Below, in pieces: positions 14,228-28,500 of a DNA stretch of 64,000 nucleotides (within the stretch, counting starts at the first letter, position 1; every line of letters begins with the position of its first letter). The stretch is from Amoebophrya sp. A120 (lineage: Eukaryota > Protista > Dinoflagellata), in contig CAJINV010000003.1 in the NCBI GenBank assembly GCA_905178155.1, positions 6,291,985 to 6,355,984 of the forward strand, given 5' to 3'. Below the pieces are notes generated by a model that did not search any database, was not told the DNA's origin, and worked only from the letters and a program-made list of their open reading frames with translations. Both the position numbers and the translations under genes were made by a program.

Positions 14228-17200
14228 TCACATCAGCGCATCCGATGTCGGGGCGTTTCTTTGTTGCTCTTTCTGTTTCTGCCTGTCCCCGACGCAATTT
14301 AGTTCTGTCGGTAATTCGCCCTGTGACCTCGCCGGGATACTGCCAGCACTGTCAGCAGTCCCCTGTTCTTTTGCCGCCTCAGGGACACAGCCAGAGACAA
14401 ATGGTAGAGTGTCGTCGGTTGTCTCTCTACTTAAGTCTGCCCCAGCTCCTGCAGGCGCGCGTTTACTGTCGGCTAACCGTGTCAAAAACTCTAGCGCCCG
14501 CGGATCTACCGCGGGTTCTCCGAGTTCTCTGATAATGACTTGCCGAAACTCGGCCACGCTCTCCAGTACATCCGGCTGCGTTTGCGCATACGGCTCGTGC
14601 CGTCGCAGATGCTCCACCACATTGTGAAAAAAGTCGAATCGCCAATCGCACGCCGTGTCTACTACTTCCGAGGCGACAAGGAGCGGGGTATCACCGGAAG
14701 CAGTAGTGCTCCTTTCCAGTGAACGAGTACAACGACCTCCATCGGCTTTTCTATCCGACGAGCACGCGCTGCCAGTCGTCACTTGGCACGTTTTGTCTTC
14801 CTCGGCACTGCGGTCTTGATTTGCACCTAGTGGTCTATCCTGGTCCATTTGTGGTCCTCTCGCGTCCTCCGGCAAGAGAAGTTTGGGTAGAACCGCACTG
14901 TAGAAGTGCTGCCAGGAAGATGTGGCCGGGGTGGTCTTCAGAGTCTCTACGTCCGCGGTAGCAAAAGATTCCGGGCAGGCTCTAGTGGTGCTGCTCTTAT
15001 TCGTGCTGAGTTCTCGTCCTGGCAAGCCTGACACGTCTACCCTGCAGGCCGCGTCATCACATCCGCTTCCGACGCTTCCCCCGGGACTTCTGCCGGGACT
15101 TCTGCTCCGGAAATCCCGGAATGCCAAGCCCAGATTCAGAAGCTCGCGGCATCGCAGCTCGTGTAGACGCGGCTCTAGGTGGTGGCGCAGCAACAAAAGC
15201 AGCACGACAGAGTCCACGTTCCAGGCTTCAAGCGCGTCGATTGCGTGCACCACGTTCGCACAAAAAGCCGCATCGCAGTCCTTCCATTTCAAATAGGTTT
15301 TCCGAACGTCGATCCGGCACTGTAGGGCACGCTCCAACAGATCTAGGCCTGCCAGCGAGGAGCCCAGATCTTCCTCATTTTTTTCTTTCCTTGCTCCGTC
15401 GGTAGACGTAGAACAACTGGTCGAGGTGGACACAATAGCTGTGCTGCCGCTGCCCTCCACTCCTCTAGATCCGGCACCTGTTGTGGGCGATTCTTTCTCG
15501 GCTGTTGTAGTTCCCGACCACGCCGCTAATGGTTGAAAGCGCTGGAACAAGTCATCGGCAGTTGTCCTTTGGTTGCGTTCTTGCACAAGATTTTTGGCAC
15601 TGTTTGCGTTGCTACTTGCATCTTTCTCGAGGAGCTGTTGCAATCTCGTTTGCGCTGCGCCGCTCGCTGGTGCGGACGGTAACATTGCAACGAACCTTTG
15701 CACGAGCGCCGACAACACGGAGTGGTCCTCCCGGTACCCAAGTTTGGCCAGCGCATTCAGCGTGCCGTAGGATTGCGCGAGCGTCCACTGCACCTGGTCC
15801 GCCGAGAATGCAATTCGCGCGCACACCCGCCGCAATGCTTTCTGCAGCCATTCCTTGTCGTGGATAAATGCGCTCTGCCGCTGCAACCCCACGATCAGGT
15901 GGTGGCAACTCATGGGCCCCATTTTCTCGGTTCGGGCCAACAATTCCGAAATGAGCAGCTGGTACAGCCCTTCGTCCTCGTAGTTGAAGTACGCGAATGC
16001 ACCTAGAATGCGGCTCAGTGTCGCGTCGCGCAGCACCTGCATCTTGCTGTTCGCATTTGTTTTGGTCACCAGATTTGTTGATCTCGTAGTACCGTGATGC
16101 AGCAGGTTTTGGTTCTTCAGTATAGAGTGCGGAGACTGAGTGCCCCCGCATGTCGCCACCGGCCTATTTGGACGAGAAGCAGGCGCACAAAAGTAATGGA
16201 AGCTCGCAGCACACTCTCGTAGCAAACTTGGGTGTTCGTGCCGCATTCGCATCAGCCCGAATAAAATTTTCTCCAACAGCGTCACCTCCAGCGGGGCTCG
16301 GCGGACCAGCTCATCCGCGATCACGTCAATGGCAGCGGACTTTGCCTCGACAGAAAGGCTAGCACCATCCTCGGGATGAACAAAGGCGGCAGGACTTATA
16401 TCTTCAGATGCACCACCGTGTGCGACGAGATTGATGTCATCTGGTGATCCACACGACGTGACTGCCTGCTCATCGGCCAATTGTGCTTGTTCCGGCTCCG
16501 CAGTCTGACCCGGTACAGAGGCAGCAGGTACCGCTCCTTTACTATCCGAAACTTCGTCGACTGAAGTAGTCGACTTTCGTCCTGCCACGACAGCTGTGCG
16601 CCAGTTCAACTGACCGAAACTGCGAATTAAGTCTGCCAGCTCTCCTGCAGTGAGCAAATTGACCAGGCTGCTCTTGCCGGAGGTATCATGTGCTGCTGTC
16701 TTGCAGTCTTCGACGACGACAGGTCGGGCAGCTCGGTCGGCGCAGAAGCCTCCATGTAGTTCCTGCGGTGGCGCAGCAGACGCAACATTCGTGCTGCCTC
16801 CCAGAAGGCTCTGCGTGACCACCGTCAAAAACGGCTCATCGAAGTGGTTGAAGCTGGAGCATGCCCAGAGGATGGGCTTGAACAGCAACATCTGACCTCC
16901 CACCGTGGTTTCTCGATTGTATTGCTCCAGTAATGGGAGGGCCGCTCGGATGACGCCTTATGCATTGCAAATACGTCTGGGTCCACTCGGAAAGGTTGCA
17001 AATTGTACTGCGTTCCACAAATCAAACAAAAATTTCTAGCGTAAGAAGTGCGGTATTTGGCGGCCCTGCTATTTTTGAGACGGTATGTCTACTCACGCGA
17101 CACATTCATATACAAAGGCCGCACAAAACCTGTGATGCTATGCCCCGCATCGCAGTGGTCCTCATGGGACTGCATCCAAAATCACCATGGCAAACACAGG

Positions 17201-20200
17201 CACTCACCCAGACATATTTGCATTTGATACGTCTGCGAGCAGAACTAGACCAAGATCTTCGCTTCTCTCGGTGAAGTAGCTTCGGTTGGCGAGCATCATT
17301 GCCAAGTCGTACAGCGTGGGACCACCTGCAGAGTTTTGAAGTTGACATACAAAAAGATATTTCAGCACTCCCCCACAAATCAGGCGGTCTGGTTTGTTTG
17401 GTTGTGTTCATGCGGGCAGGTGAGAACCCCTTTTGTCATAGCGCTATTTCCAGAAAAACTAATCTTTATTCCTACGGCTGGAAAAAAGAGCACTCAACGA
17501 AGTTCCTAGTTCTTCTTCACGCAAAAAGCAGACGCAAACGTTCTGTACATGAGACACCACCCATCAGGGGACCAACACGGTCGCAGAGTGCGGCGAATAG
17601 TGGGTCGTACACAAAATTCATGCGCGAAAGCGTTAACATCAAGCGCGCCAGTAGGAGTTCGCAGCTCTTCCCTGCTTCTGTGGCTGCGTGGGTGGTCGCA
17701 GCAAGCGCGACTTTCTGTAGTAAGTCCAGGTCCCAGCGCTTCACCGAGGTTCTCCCCACAGCTCCTACCTCTGCCACTACGCCTTGCGGGAACAGGTACC
17801 CTAGAATTGCGAACAGCTCCAGCACCGTGTCGTGATGGGACTTCTCGTCAAGCCAGCTCGCTCCGTGCATCAACAGCAGCCGCGCACTGCAGTGCAGCGC
17901 GGGGGGCAGAGTAGCAGCTGCGTGGTCCACCGCCGCTGTCGGTCGGGAAATGTGCGGCTGGCCGGGCGTTGCCGCGTAGTTGGCGCCAGTCGAAGCATGA
18001 GATGCAAGAGATGATGCAGCAGCCTGTGCAAAGGACGGCGGGGCCCACTTCGCAGCCAACCACGCGTTCTCATGGCGGAGCGAGCACCGTACAAGCTTCT
18101 CGACGACAGGCAGGACCGCCATGGCACTTTCGCCGGACAGGCGTTGCAGCAGACAGGCCTCCATCGTAACAGCAGTAGTGGCACAGAGGCGGCGGTTGCC
18201 CAAAAACCGCGCCAGCGCGCGCGTCGGCCACTTGCGCAGTAGCCGCTCGCGCAAACGAATGCGCTCCTCGGAAGTAAGCGTGCGCACGACGGGTCGACTG
18301 CGGGTTCTTTGCTCTCCCATGAGGACTGCGCCAGGTGGACTTGTGTTTGCAGCCGGACCAGAAAAAAGCCACTGCAGCTCCACCAGCAAGGACGAGGAGC
18401 CGCGTCGTCGCGCACGAAACCTCTCCGCGTCGGCTTCATGATCAGTTGTGACTGGTAGGTCTTCTGATTTTGCATCTGGAAAATTGTACTGCTCGTCCGG
18501 AGGCGTTGGTACCACATCCTGTATGCGAGCGCGAATACCCGTTGCCCTAGTTGCCCCAACACGTCGGCCATCACTGATTTGCTCGTCCGTCTCGTCCGCA
18601 GGCGTCGATGTCCTAGGCTCAAGAAGAGCGTCGCGGTCCGGCGAAATTGAAAACGCTTCTGAACAAAGACTGTGTCGTCGCGCTGCTATCTGGTCCGCTT
18701 CAGAAGGCGCACCCACCGGACTCTCTCGTCCGGTGCTGCACGAGACATCTGCTTTCTCGCGTCCGGTGCTAAGGACGCTCCTGGAGGCTTGGTTTATCTT
18801 CAAGTCTGGTTTCCCTTTTATTTCACCAACAGAGCAACTACTTTTTGCCTTGTTCTTGCGTCTTTCCGAAATTGGCATTGTATGTTGCTTCGCATCCACA
18901 TCGAAAACCGTGCGTACAAGCTGCATCGCCGTCGGGTGCCCGCTCGCGGGCGGCGTAGGCCCGGCGGATCTACTTTCGGTCTCGGTATACCAAAAAACCG
19001 AATCACCTAGCCGGACTTCACGTCGCAAACCTGGGCGTTGCGCTCGCACCGGCGGATATGGAACAGGAGGCTGGGATCCAGCTGCTTTTTCGCCTTCTGC
19101 TGGCGGTGATGCGAAGGATCGCGCAAACAAAACAGGCGATAGCTGCTCGTTTGCCTGTCCCAGGTACCAGCGCCGAGCGTGCGCTCGCTCGCACCGCGAC
19201 GAGCGGGAGACAACTCGGGTAGCCTCCAGAGTGCTTCGCAGAAGAGAGGACCTGTGCATGAGTCGCTCTTTCATGATTTCACCCTGGCGCTTCCTCAATA
19301 ACTCCGTGTGCTGGGCTGCCCGTAGCTCCTCGCGCCGGGACACCTTTTGCTGTTTCTTCTCAAAACTACGAGTAGAGATTTCTTTTTCTTTTGCTTGGAC
19401 CCCTCCAAAAACCGCATCTACTTCTCGTTCTTTTGCTGGATGATCTCGACTGCGGTCGTTTGAATTATGCGCGTTGTGGTATCCGAGTGGTCCGTCGCTT
19501 TCTTGCGCTGTTTCTTGCCAGACGAACCGATTGCCGTTCTGCAGCAGCAGCCGCCCCAAAGGACTTTGCGAGACCACGCGGGGAGCCCCACCTTCCTCTC
19601 TCGCCTTGTTACCGTCTTTCTTTGCTTGTTTCCGCATCCTAGCCGAGGCCACAGGTAGGGTCTTTTCCCAGACGAACCGGTTACCGAAGAGAACGAGACG
19701 CCCCGCTTTTCCTTCACACACGACCCTATTCGTGCGCTGGCTGGAAGCTTGGGGCTGCGCAGACGCCTTCGTTATTTGGTCGCGCTTGTTCAAAACCGTC
19801 ACGGGCTGATCCTGATATTCAGCGCTGCGTCCCGTCGTCGTCTGCTCTACCTGCTCGTGCTGATGGTTTTGTTTTCCGTTGCTGTTTGCGGCCTGTGCAT
19901 TAGCCCCTCCTGTATCTGCGGTCGGTCTCGGGGATGTACTATGCCTCTGCTTCTGGAGCTCCAGCTTCTCGCGACAAAGTGCGTACTGATCGACCAACAG
20001 ATTCAGAACGTCGCCAACTTCCCGGAGGTGCTCTTCCTTCTGCGGTAGCGGCGTTTCCGGGTCGCGATTCAGCTTGTCCAAGGCTCTCATCAAGTTTTTT
20101 TTCCGAAATTTCTTCTTTGTCGTCCCCAGTATCGGGGCGATCGTTCCCTTCGACCATGGGGCCGCTGCACTGGCGCTCCCGGCGAGATTTGTAATACCGC

Positions 20201-20258
20201 CGCTCGCGCTCGTGGCAGTTGCGATCCGCACCGGCAGCGCAGCTGTGACTGCGCTCAT
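14228..20258 (-). CDS. Large helical-repeat protein (HPR/OPR/RAP-associated-like, likely organellar RNA binding)
   Basis: ORFs 17517-20258 and 14228-16903 are linked by a small exon (~17325-17230) via one GT-AG intron and one introner. Repeats such as LMLTLSRMNFVYDPLF, ILWACSSFNHFDEPFL, ILGAFAYFNYEDEGLY, TLNALAKLGYRED. 5' end uncertain (possible exon 20583-20400). Confidence 0.6.
16959..17229. mobile_element. Introner family A (TIR non-canonical intron)
   Basis: Ends tatgcattgcaaatacgtctggg / cccagacatatttgcatttgata; flanks cgcct/cgtct; removal gives in-frame LAD|VIRAALPLL. Confidence 0.85.
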
Positions 20259-20771
20259 CTTGTCTGGTCCTTGAAAGATTCAGCGACAAATCAACATCGT
20301 TTCTTTGCGGCCATGCATCAAGAAAACCATAAAACTTTCTTACCAACGGCAACGCAAAACTTGTCAAGAAAACTGAACAAGAAAACAAAATCGCATGCAT
20401 GCGCGCGATCGGGGGTTCTGGAACTTTGCGCCAAGGAGCGCGCTCTTGCGCTACCGGATTTGCAAAGGGATCCAAAAAACGCCAGAGTCTAACACTCTTG
20501 AACCGATCTTGATCCGCATCCAGATTTTTACCCGGTTGCATCCACGATCTCCACTGCTTCATGGCGTGCTCATTTATGATCATACGGCGCAGGAAAAGCG
20601 TCTGTCTGGAAAAAGGAAACCTTCACCTGCGGACGACAGTCAAGACATCAATAGCAAGCAAGTGAACGCGCCTCCAAGGAACGGAACCATCTGCAATTTG
20701 ATTTGTGTCGTCATACGCAGGCACACTATCAGCAGGGCTGTGTTGACATCTCCGAAAAGAAATTGATGATT

Positions 20772-22229
20772 TTAGCACTCGTAGAACATTTGCGCCCTGA
20801 GAGCGAACTGCTCTTCTTCCACACGCAAGCGCGCTTGCCGCAGACGCTCGCTTTCTTCCCGTTTTCTGACTGCCCGGGCCTCCGCACGAGGGGGGTTCAG
20901 TATTTCTAGGCGTTTGAGTGCAGCATCCTGTTTCTCAACTTCCTCCGCGACGAGTCGCCTCAGGCTCTCGCTGTCAATCTCTTCGCGGAGCATGCTGTGC
21001 TGATCTACCCAACCACCAGAACTCCCGCCTTTTCGTGTCGACGCCAAGTACGGGTTGTTGTCACTAACGGCCAGACTGGGAATTCCTACTTCTCTCAACA
21101 CGTCGTTCCCGTCTCTCGCACCAGACTCGCCCTGTGTCACAGTAGTTCTACAAGGACGTACACTTTTGCGCAGGAGCTCCAACAATTGCTCCCGGGGCCA
21201 AAGCGGCGATATGCCCGTGACGTCGAGACCCAGGTAGCCGCGCCGCACGCACTCCTCGAGAATTAGGATTCGGATCTGGTCGATGTGCAGCTGCTCGAGA
21301 CGCCGCATCTGGCCCTTGTAGCGCTTCGCTGCAGTCGCCTTTGCAGCTTTGTCCGCCTCCTTCTCCTGCCGAAAAGCCACAATCTCAGCAACGGTAGCGT
21401 CTATTAGTTTTCGCAAGTGCTCGCGAACCGAAGGAACTTGGTTTATTTTGTCCAAAATCAGATCATCCTCCTGAGCGAGAGTGCATCCGTTTTCCGCATT
21501 TGCGCTTGCGTTTCGCGCTGCCGCTAGTACTGCGCACTGTCCGTCCGCCGTGACGAAGTGATTACGCACCACGGCTTTTGGCCAAACCCACGAAATGCGG
21601 TCTAGCGGCAAGTCCAGCCCGGCTGCGAATCGGACTTCCTGGGCAAGCAGCGTCACGCACTTGGAATAACAGTGCTTCGTCGAGTATGGCAACAGCGTCC
21701 GATCAAACGCATCTTGTTCATCTGCAGGACAACTACTGACTGGCTTTCCAGCGGCTGCGGATCTCATATTGGCGATCCGGTCTATATGCTCCTGTCGCAG
21801 GTATTTGCCGAAACGCAAAGCAACGGAAGCATCACTCTCCACCTCTGGTTGATCCTTCGCAAAACCGTCTCTCGTCGAGGCGGCCCGACGTTCCGAAAGG
21901 AGCACGCTCGCCCCCGCAGCCAACGCCGCAGAAGATGACGCAGCAGTGGTGCTTTCGTGGCGTTTCTTGCCTCGAACCGGTGGCCACCCTGCCTCGCCGC
22001 GCCGAAAGGATTTTGCCCCGTCCGCACCAGTCGAGAGGTGGTACTCGATTTCCGCTCCTACTGCTGATACGCGGGAGCGTGTGACAAGTCTACGTCGAGC
22101 TGCTGAAAAAACTGCGCCACTGCCGCTTTTCCAAGAAGATATTGAAGAAACTTCTTCCTGGAATGGCGTTGCAGCGACCAGACCGTTTCCTCGCAAATAA
22201 CGCAAGCTGCGCACTCCAGTAGTCATCAT
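20772..22229 (-). CDS. Hypothetical protein, 485 aa, with Arg/Ser-rich N-terminus resembling a mitochondrial presequence
   Basis: Long ORF co-oriented with neighbours; no family recognised. Confidence 0.7.
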   Translation of the reverse strand: MMTTGVRSLRYLRGNGLVAATPFQEEVSSISSWKSGSGAVFSAARRRLVTRSRVSAVGAEIEYHLSTGADGAKSFRRGEAGWPPVRGKKRHESTTAASSSAALAAGASVLLSERRAASTRDGFAKDQPEVESDASVALRFGKYLRQEHIDRIANMRSAAAGKPVSSCPADEQDAFDRTLLPYSTKHCYSKCVTLLAQEVRFAAGLDLPLDRISWVWPKAVVRNHFVTADGQCAVLAAARNASANAENGCTLAQEDDLILDKINQVPSVREHLRKLIDATVAEIVAFRQEKEADKAAKATAAKRYKGQMRRLEQLHIDQIRILILEECVRRGYLGLDVTGISPLWPREQLLELLRKSVRPCRTTVTQGESGARDGNDVLREVGIPSLAVSDNNPYLASTRKGGSSGGWVDQHSMLREEIDSESLRRLVAEEVEKQDAALKRLEILNPPRAEARAVRKREESERLRQARLRVEEEQFALRAQMFYEC

Positions 22230-22569
22230 TGGAAATAAACGTGTCGTATGCAGCCAGTGTGTGTCAACATGTCAAGACGAACCCGAACGCTATCGGAACC
22301 TGAAAGAATAAGCACTCGCATAGACTCAGAAGAAGAGGCAACCAAGGACTGGCAAAAATCTGTCTTGAACGCTCGCGAACTCGTCAACACCCGTGCTCGT
22401 AGATACGGCGGGATACTATCCCCGCCTCGTGGTCTTCAACACACCACGCATCTGTTGTACAGATCCTTCGCGGTGGACGTGGATACCTACGGAGATGGAA
22501 GAATAACACGCGCGCTCAGTTCCCGAAAAGTGGTTGCCGAGGCAACATCCTTGTTTGCGCGAAATTCAG

Positions 22570-23205
22570 TTACAACTTTGCTTTGATTTTTTCCAACATG
22601 GCATTCGCGTCCTCATCGGCAATTTTGTCTTTCGCGGATGCTGGTGGTTTCCAGAGCCCATCGTCCTTGTAGCGCGGAATGAAGTGCACGTGGGGATGGA
22701 AAACCACCTGCCCAGAAGCCGCACCCAAATTTGTCAATACATTGACTGCGTCCGCACCGGTACCAGCCTTCACGGCAGCAGCAATCTTCGGCACGAGCTT
22801 CAGAAACTCCCCGGCGTCCGTCTCGGGCATATCCATGACAGACCTCGATGATTTCAGATTTGCGTGAGACTCGGAAAAGAGACAAGCGAAGCAGCACCAG
22901 CATCGACGTATCAGCGTAGTACTTAAAAGTAAAAAAGCACGACGTCATATCATTTCTCTTGTGAGAGATGAACCGTGGAGTAAAATTGAATCATATTGCA
23001 AGAGCGCAACGGCGTATCTATAAGTAGCGTGGTACCGATATCCTCTCTTTTTCGGCAACAGCAATGTGTGACCGGGGGCGACTGGGAAAGCGTCTAGAAT
23101 TGCGACAGCCGTCTCATCCTCAAATACTTTGTACGACGGAAAAACGCCGTCCAAAATCTTCGCGAAGATGTTATCAGGCTGGTAGGCTTCGGGATCTTCT
23201 GGCAT
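22570..23205 (-). CDS. HIT (histidine triad) family nucleotide hydrolase, 2 exons
   Basis: NIFAKILDG..PSYKVFED...LDAFPVAPGHTLLLPK and GQVVFHPHVHFIPRY; GT-AG intron. Confidence 0.92.
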
Positions 23206-23915
23206 GGTGATGATTGTCGTGACGCGATTAAGTACAATTAGTCGCAAGCGAAGAAAGGGACATGGGGGGGTGCGAAAAGAGTGATGGACTACAACTGAAA
23301 AGGGGACTCTCGGTTACACTCTTTGTTTCAAGCGAAGGCTTCTTCGCGGACAGCTGTGTGAGAAGAGACAGCATAGTAAATATGGCGAGTGGACAATGTT
23401 GCACGTTGACAGATGACGAAAATGATTCAAATTCATCGTAAGTACTCTTATGCATGATCTTTTCAGGCGACCGCTCGGCAAGGAGGAGATCTGGGATCTT
23501 CCAAGGCAGATCTTCTGTCACTTGAAATTGATGCAGAGAGGCATGGTGTGTTTATCTATCTGATCACGCCCTATACGACATCTGCGAATACAAGGTCCAG
23601 CATTTGAACGAAGGTGGGACAGACTGACAGGATCTTTCGCAACTCGACTTGACACACTGTCACACCGCAAATATCCCGAACCGGCAGAAACTGTGCGCCA
23701 CACACGCGAAGCTGCTTGGAACTTTCAACATAAGGGGCGAACACTGAAGTACTTCTAGGGAATCATACATCCCAGCTTAACAAGCAGGGCGGTCTCTCTT
23801 TTGGTTGAAGTTCTGCAGACTAGAATCACTTCAAAAATCCGAAAGATCCTCGTGCATATCTACTAACTCGCGGATGGAAGTTAGAATTCCGACGTAGGCA
23901 TCCCCTGGTCGCTCC

Positions 23916-24317
23916 TTACTTAGCGTTGCTGTTCGGGGAGCGCTTGGCGTTCGGGCCCTTGACGACGTTGACGAAGCGCTTGGCGTAAATCAATCGCTTC
24001 TTGTAGCGGCCGGTCGGGGCCTTCTTCTTGTCGGCTGTATTGTTTTTGATTATGTCCATTTAGAAGCTAAGCTTATTTCTTCAAAACTCTGCTTGTGCAT
24101 AGCAGATTCCGAAATTCGTGAAAAAGCGAGAGTACGAGCACTCATAACCACTGTTGCCTCAGCATACACCAATTGCTAGCATTCCTGATCCTGAATTAGA
24201 AGATTCAGACGGTAGCAGAAAAAAAAACAGGAAAAAACATGTACCTTGCGGGGCAACCTTCGGGGTCTGCCTCTTCACCTTTCCGGCACGAGCCAAAGAA
24301 CCGTGGACCTTTCCCAT
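23916..24317 (-). CDS. RPS30: 40S ribosomal protein S30 (eS30), 2 exons
   Basis: [21 protein letters not shown]...[22 protein letters not shown]; GT-AG intron; absent from the ORF track. Confidence 0.95.
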
Positions 24318-25552
24318 CTTGGATTTTGAATGTTTTCACTACTACCTAGTCTGCAGTAATGTTCCCTGTGAGATTGATTGTGAATTGAGATAAAGATTGA
24401 GCCCTTGAATCCACGGCTGCGGGTCACGGCATCGCAGTTATTTCAACTTTCCCGAACCGCTCTCAGTAATCTAAACTCAATTTAGATCGATCTCGCCCGG
24501 ATGTTGTTCTTCCTTGATCGAGATACAGGATCCATTCAACTTTCGTTTTCGTGCAATTCTCCTGAAAAAGATCGGGTTTGAGCGAGTACCGGATCCGATC
24601 TGGAACATTTTCTAAATCTAAATAAGGCGAGCACAAAATTTAGATCCGTCGGAACTACAACATTTGGTTTTAAAAGAAACATCGTATTTCTCGAATTCAG
24701 CACAACAGACAATCACGGAGCAGCGTCAGACTGTTTGTAGGATGCTCCGAACAGCCACTCACTCTAAAAGAAGTGCGGTGACCTGGAAGAGCTTCCACGT
24801 TGCTTTTGCGGGTATGTCTTCAGCAAAACATCACAAGGAGGATGCCCAACTGCTTTTTTACACGCATATCGAGATCCTCTCTGATCGGGCACAACAAAAT
24901 CTATCGGCTGACGATTTGCAGAACGAGAAGCACGACTATCATTCAAGCCAGATCCTTCGCTTTGGTTGATCTCCGTTCAGACGAATTTAGACGCTCACAT
25001 TCTGCGGTTTACACGAGGAACCACATGATCGAATCTTTCGGGATCTTTAGGAGATCGCGTAGCAACACATTTGACGGGATAATGGAATTTCATTTAGAGT
25101 GGATCCAGAAGCGCGTGGAACTGCTGAGATGAATGTCTGATGCCCAGAACAGAAAAAACACACAGGTTGAAGAGTGTCGATTCATGGAAAGGCAACTATT
25201 TCTTGTGGCGCAAGTGTCTTCAGCGCAGCACCACGGGAAAAGGTGCTGCACTGCTTTTTCGAGCGCAAAAAGATCGTTCAGGTAGAGAATGTTCGTGTGC
25301 TGGTCCGAGAATGCTGCACAACGAAAATGATGCACAGGAGGAACTCCTACTTGAATAAGCATATGAAACAGCTCGAGCACCACCGAAAGAGGACATGTCA
25401 ATATGCAAAAATTATCCTGAATAAAACTTCCGCACCTCTGCTCAAAATATGAACCTGAACCATCGGCGGGGAAGACCAATCAATATACATTTACAATGCG
25501 AAACATTTAGCTCTAAGGAAACAAAGCTCTATCAGCTCGTTCCGGGTCTCCG

Positions 25553-28500
25553 TTATTGCAGCGAGTCCGAAGGTTGCAGAATGCCATCGTCGTTTCCGAT
25601 CTTGTTTCGAGCCACGGCTTTGACCGGGGCAGTGGGTGGCGCCTTCGTTGCCGCGAACGTAAAGGTATTGTCATTTTGCGATGAACTCTCATCGGAAGAG
25701 GACGTCAGTGCCTGCTTCTCTTTTTCTAAAGCCAGTCTTGCTTCTTCCTCCGCCTTCTCTCGCTCTTTCTTTTCTGCCTGCAATTCATCCGCCTTCTTCT
25801 TCGCTTCAAGCTGCTGCTTGTTGTCATGTATACGCGCGTCCTCCTCTTGTATCAGCTTCGCTGCTTCCTCCTGCGCCATCTCAAGCTTTTCCGCGTCGGA
25901 TATTGGTGGCGGTTCGCTAGGACGGTGGGTGCCCGGCTCGTGCTCGCGCCCGCGGCGAGGTGAGACTGCAGCTCGAGTGCGCATCCCCCTGCTCTGCATG
26001 AGCTTCAGCGCGCGCGGTGACGGCGACTGGGTTGCGCGCTGCGGGCTGGGACTTGCGTTGCGGCCTTGTTGGCTGTTCAACACCGCCGCACTCCCGACCT
26101 TATGCTTGGTCAGCATGACACTGACGCCTTCCCCCTCCGGCTGTCCGAGAAGCGCGTCCTCCTGCTCCCGCAGAAAGGCGCTCTGGCCCTGGAGGTATGC
26201 TTCCATCCGCTGTTGGAAAAACTCCACTCGAGGCACGCTGTGCTCCGCCAGCTCCTGCAGAATTTTTTCATCCTTCTCGTCCTTCGCTTTGTAAACCAGT
26301 TCGTTGCTGCAATCGCGACACAAGAATGCGCTCGGGAGCGCAGGTAGTCGCTTTCCACCCTGCGCAATCTTCAGTGCGGCGCTGAAATGCTCCGCGATCT
26401 CGGCCTTCTCTCGGTCCGCCCGAGCCAACTTTTCGTCCCGCAGGGAGATCATGTGGACCAACCCAGCCACCTTCTCCTCCGCACTCTGCTTCGCGAGCAG
26501 GGCATCCGCGGCACGTTGCTGCTCCTCTTCCAAAGTCTTTTGTAGTGCCGTCACACGGACTCTCCAAGCCCTGGTGGGAAGATGTTTGTTTGATTATCAT
26601 ATAAATTTCAGTAGCGTAGTTGTAGCGAGGAGTCTCGCTCCGCATATGCTGCTTGCACGCAGGTGATCAGAATAATCTTTTTTTAGTGCACGACCTTACA
26701 AAAGAAGAACCGAAACTCCGGTCGAGGTAAAAACAAGTATTGTTTGTGTAATCTGTACTGCCGACACGCATCTTTCAGTCCCTGGAAGCTCCGATTCAGG
26801 AGACTCTTCCATTTGCGCCCCATGAGCTCGACCAGCTTCGCTTTGGCTGCCTCTGCCACGCGCGTCCGCTCGGTATACTGCGTCAGCATGAGCTCCAAGT
26901 TGGCACATTCGCGCGTCTTGATATCGAGGTCGAACTGCGTGTCCTTCAGCCTGGTCTCCACCCGCTCGATGTGGTTTCGCAACCGCAAAACCTTCATATC
27001 CAGCCAGTTCTTCTGCATCACGCGGAAGCATTTTTGCGAGAGGAGAAACATGAGCTGCCGGTTGATCATCCGGGCCTGCTCCGCCATCAGCCGCTCCTCC
27101 ACGGCCTGCTGCAAAAGCCGCTCCTTCTCGACCTCCTTCAACTTTTCCACCAGATTGAAAACCCGCTTCTCCAGCGAGTCGATTTTGGCCTCGTACTTTT
27201 GTCGGAACGCCAGAAACGCCCACGCGGTGAAGAAGTTCTTTTGCCGCCGCTGTCCTAAAAGGACGTCGTGCAGATACCGGTCGAGCCGCCTGAGTCGCTT
27301 GATTTGCTCCCCGAACTGCACGAGGAAACAGCTCGCCCACCGCCGGCGCCGCTGTTTGACGGCGAGCAGGGTCGCGAGCCTGGAGATGCGCGTGTTCAAC
27401 CGGTCCTCCACCTTCAGGAGCGCGTCCTTCATGCGCGCCAGCTCGAAGCGCAGCGAGACCGCGGAGTTCTTCGTCGGCGCCATCATGCACTGCATGAACT
27501 CGATCACGTACTCGTGCGACACGTCCTTCGTCCCCAGTTTGTGCCAACACACGGTCAGCGAGTGCTGCACTTTCGCAATCTTGTCGGAAATCTTTTCCAG
27601 CTGATTCTGCATCATTGCGGCGAACCGCACCTCGTTGATTCGCCCGCTATCAAAAGGAAAAATCCCCCCTCCCCATATCGAAAAGGTATGCCCCCGAAAA
27701 TTTGTGTTGCTGATTTGAGCCTTAGTTCCCCATGATATCCGTAGGCCAGACGTCGGGGGTCCCTCACCCGACACGCCGAACTTCCTCCTTCCACACGCAG
27801 CGTCGGAGGGGTCGCACGTAGCCCTGGAGGTGATAAACGAGGGTGGCGCCTGTATATGCAGTAAAATACTGCACAGGAAATGAGGAAGTCAGAAAGGAAC
27901 ACAAATGTTCTGGGATGACTGTTTAGGAACATCCCAACAACCTCCGCCAACCACTGCCCTCGAATACACAAGAGAAAGCCGAAGCTAACTCAACTCCGGA
28001 TACCCTTCCCGAAGCTGACCTGAACCGCCTTTCTCCACAGGTCAGCGACGAGGCAATGCCCTGAGGGGACCGTTAGGAACCTCCCCAAACAATCGTCATG
28101 TCGTTTCGCCGAAGCAAAACAGTCTGACGAAAGAGACGCTCTACCAGTACCCAGCGGCAAGTACACGGTAGGCATGGGCATAGGAGAACCGAACCGCACG
28201 ACCACTCGACCGAGGTAACCCAGGGGGCCCTGTCCGTAGCAGCCCTGGGGACCAAACGACAGCGACGGAGGAAAAACAAAAGCCAAAATGACTACCAGTC
28301 AAGCAGCACAGGAGCGTGAACACGAGGGAGCACAGACAGGGGAAGAACCCTTGCTGAGCCCGGGCACAGCCCCATGAACCCGCCCCCACACCGCAAGCCC
28401 CGGAGCAAGCTCCGATAGCCACCCTGACCCCGTCTACCCCCGAAGCAGCGTCGGCAAGCGTGGACGAACTCCTGGCAAGAGCCTCGCGCAACGGGAATTT

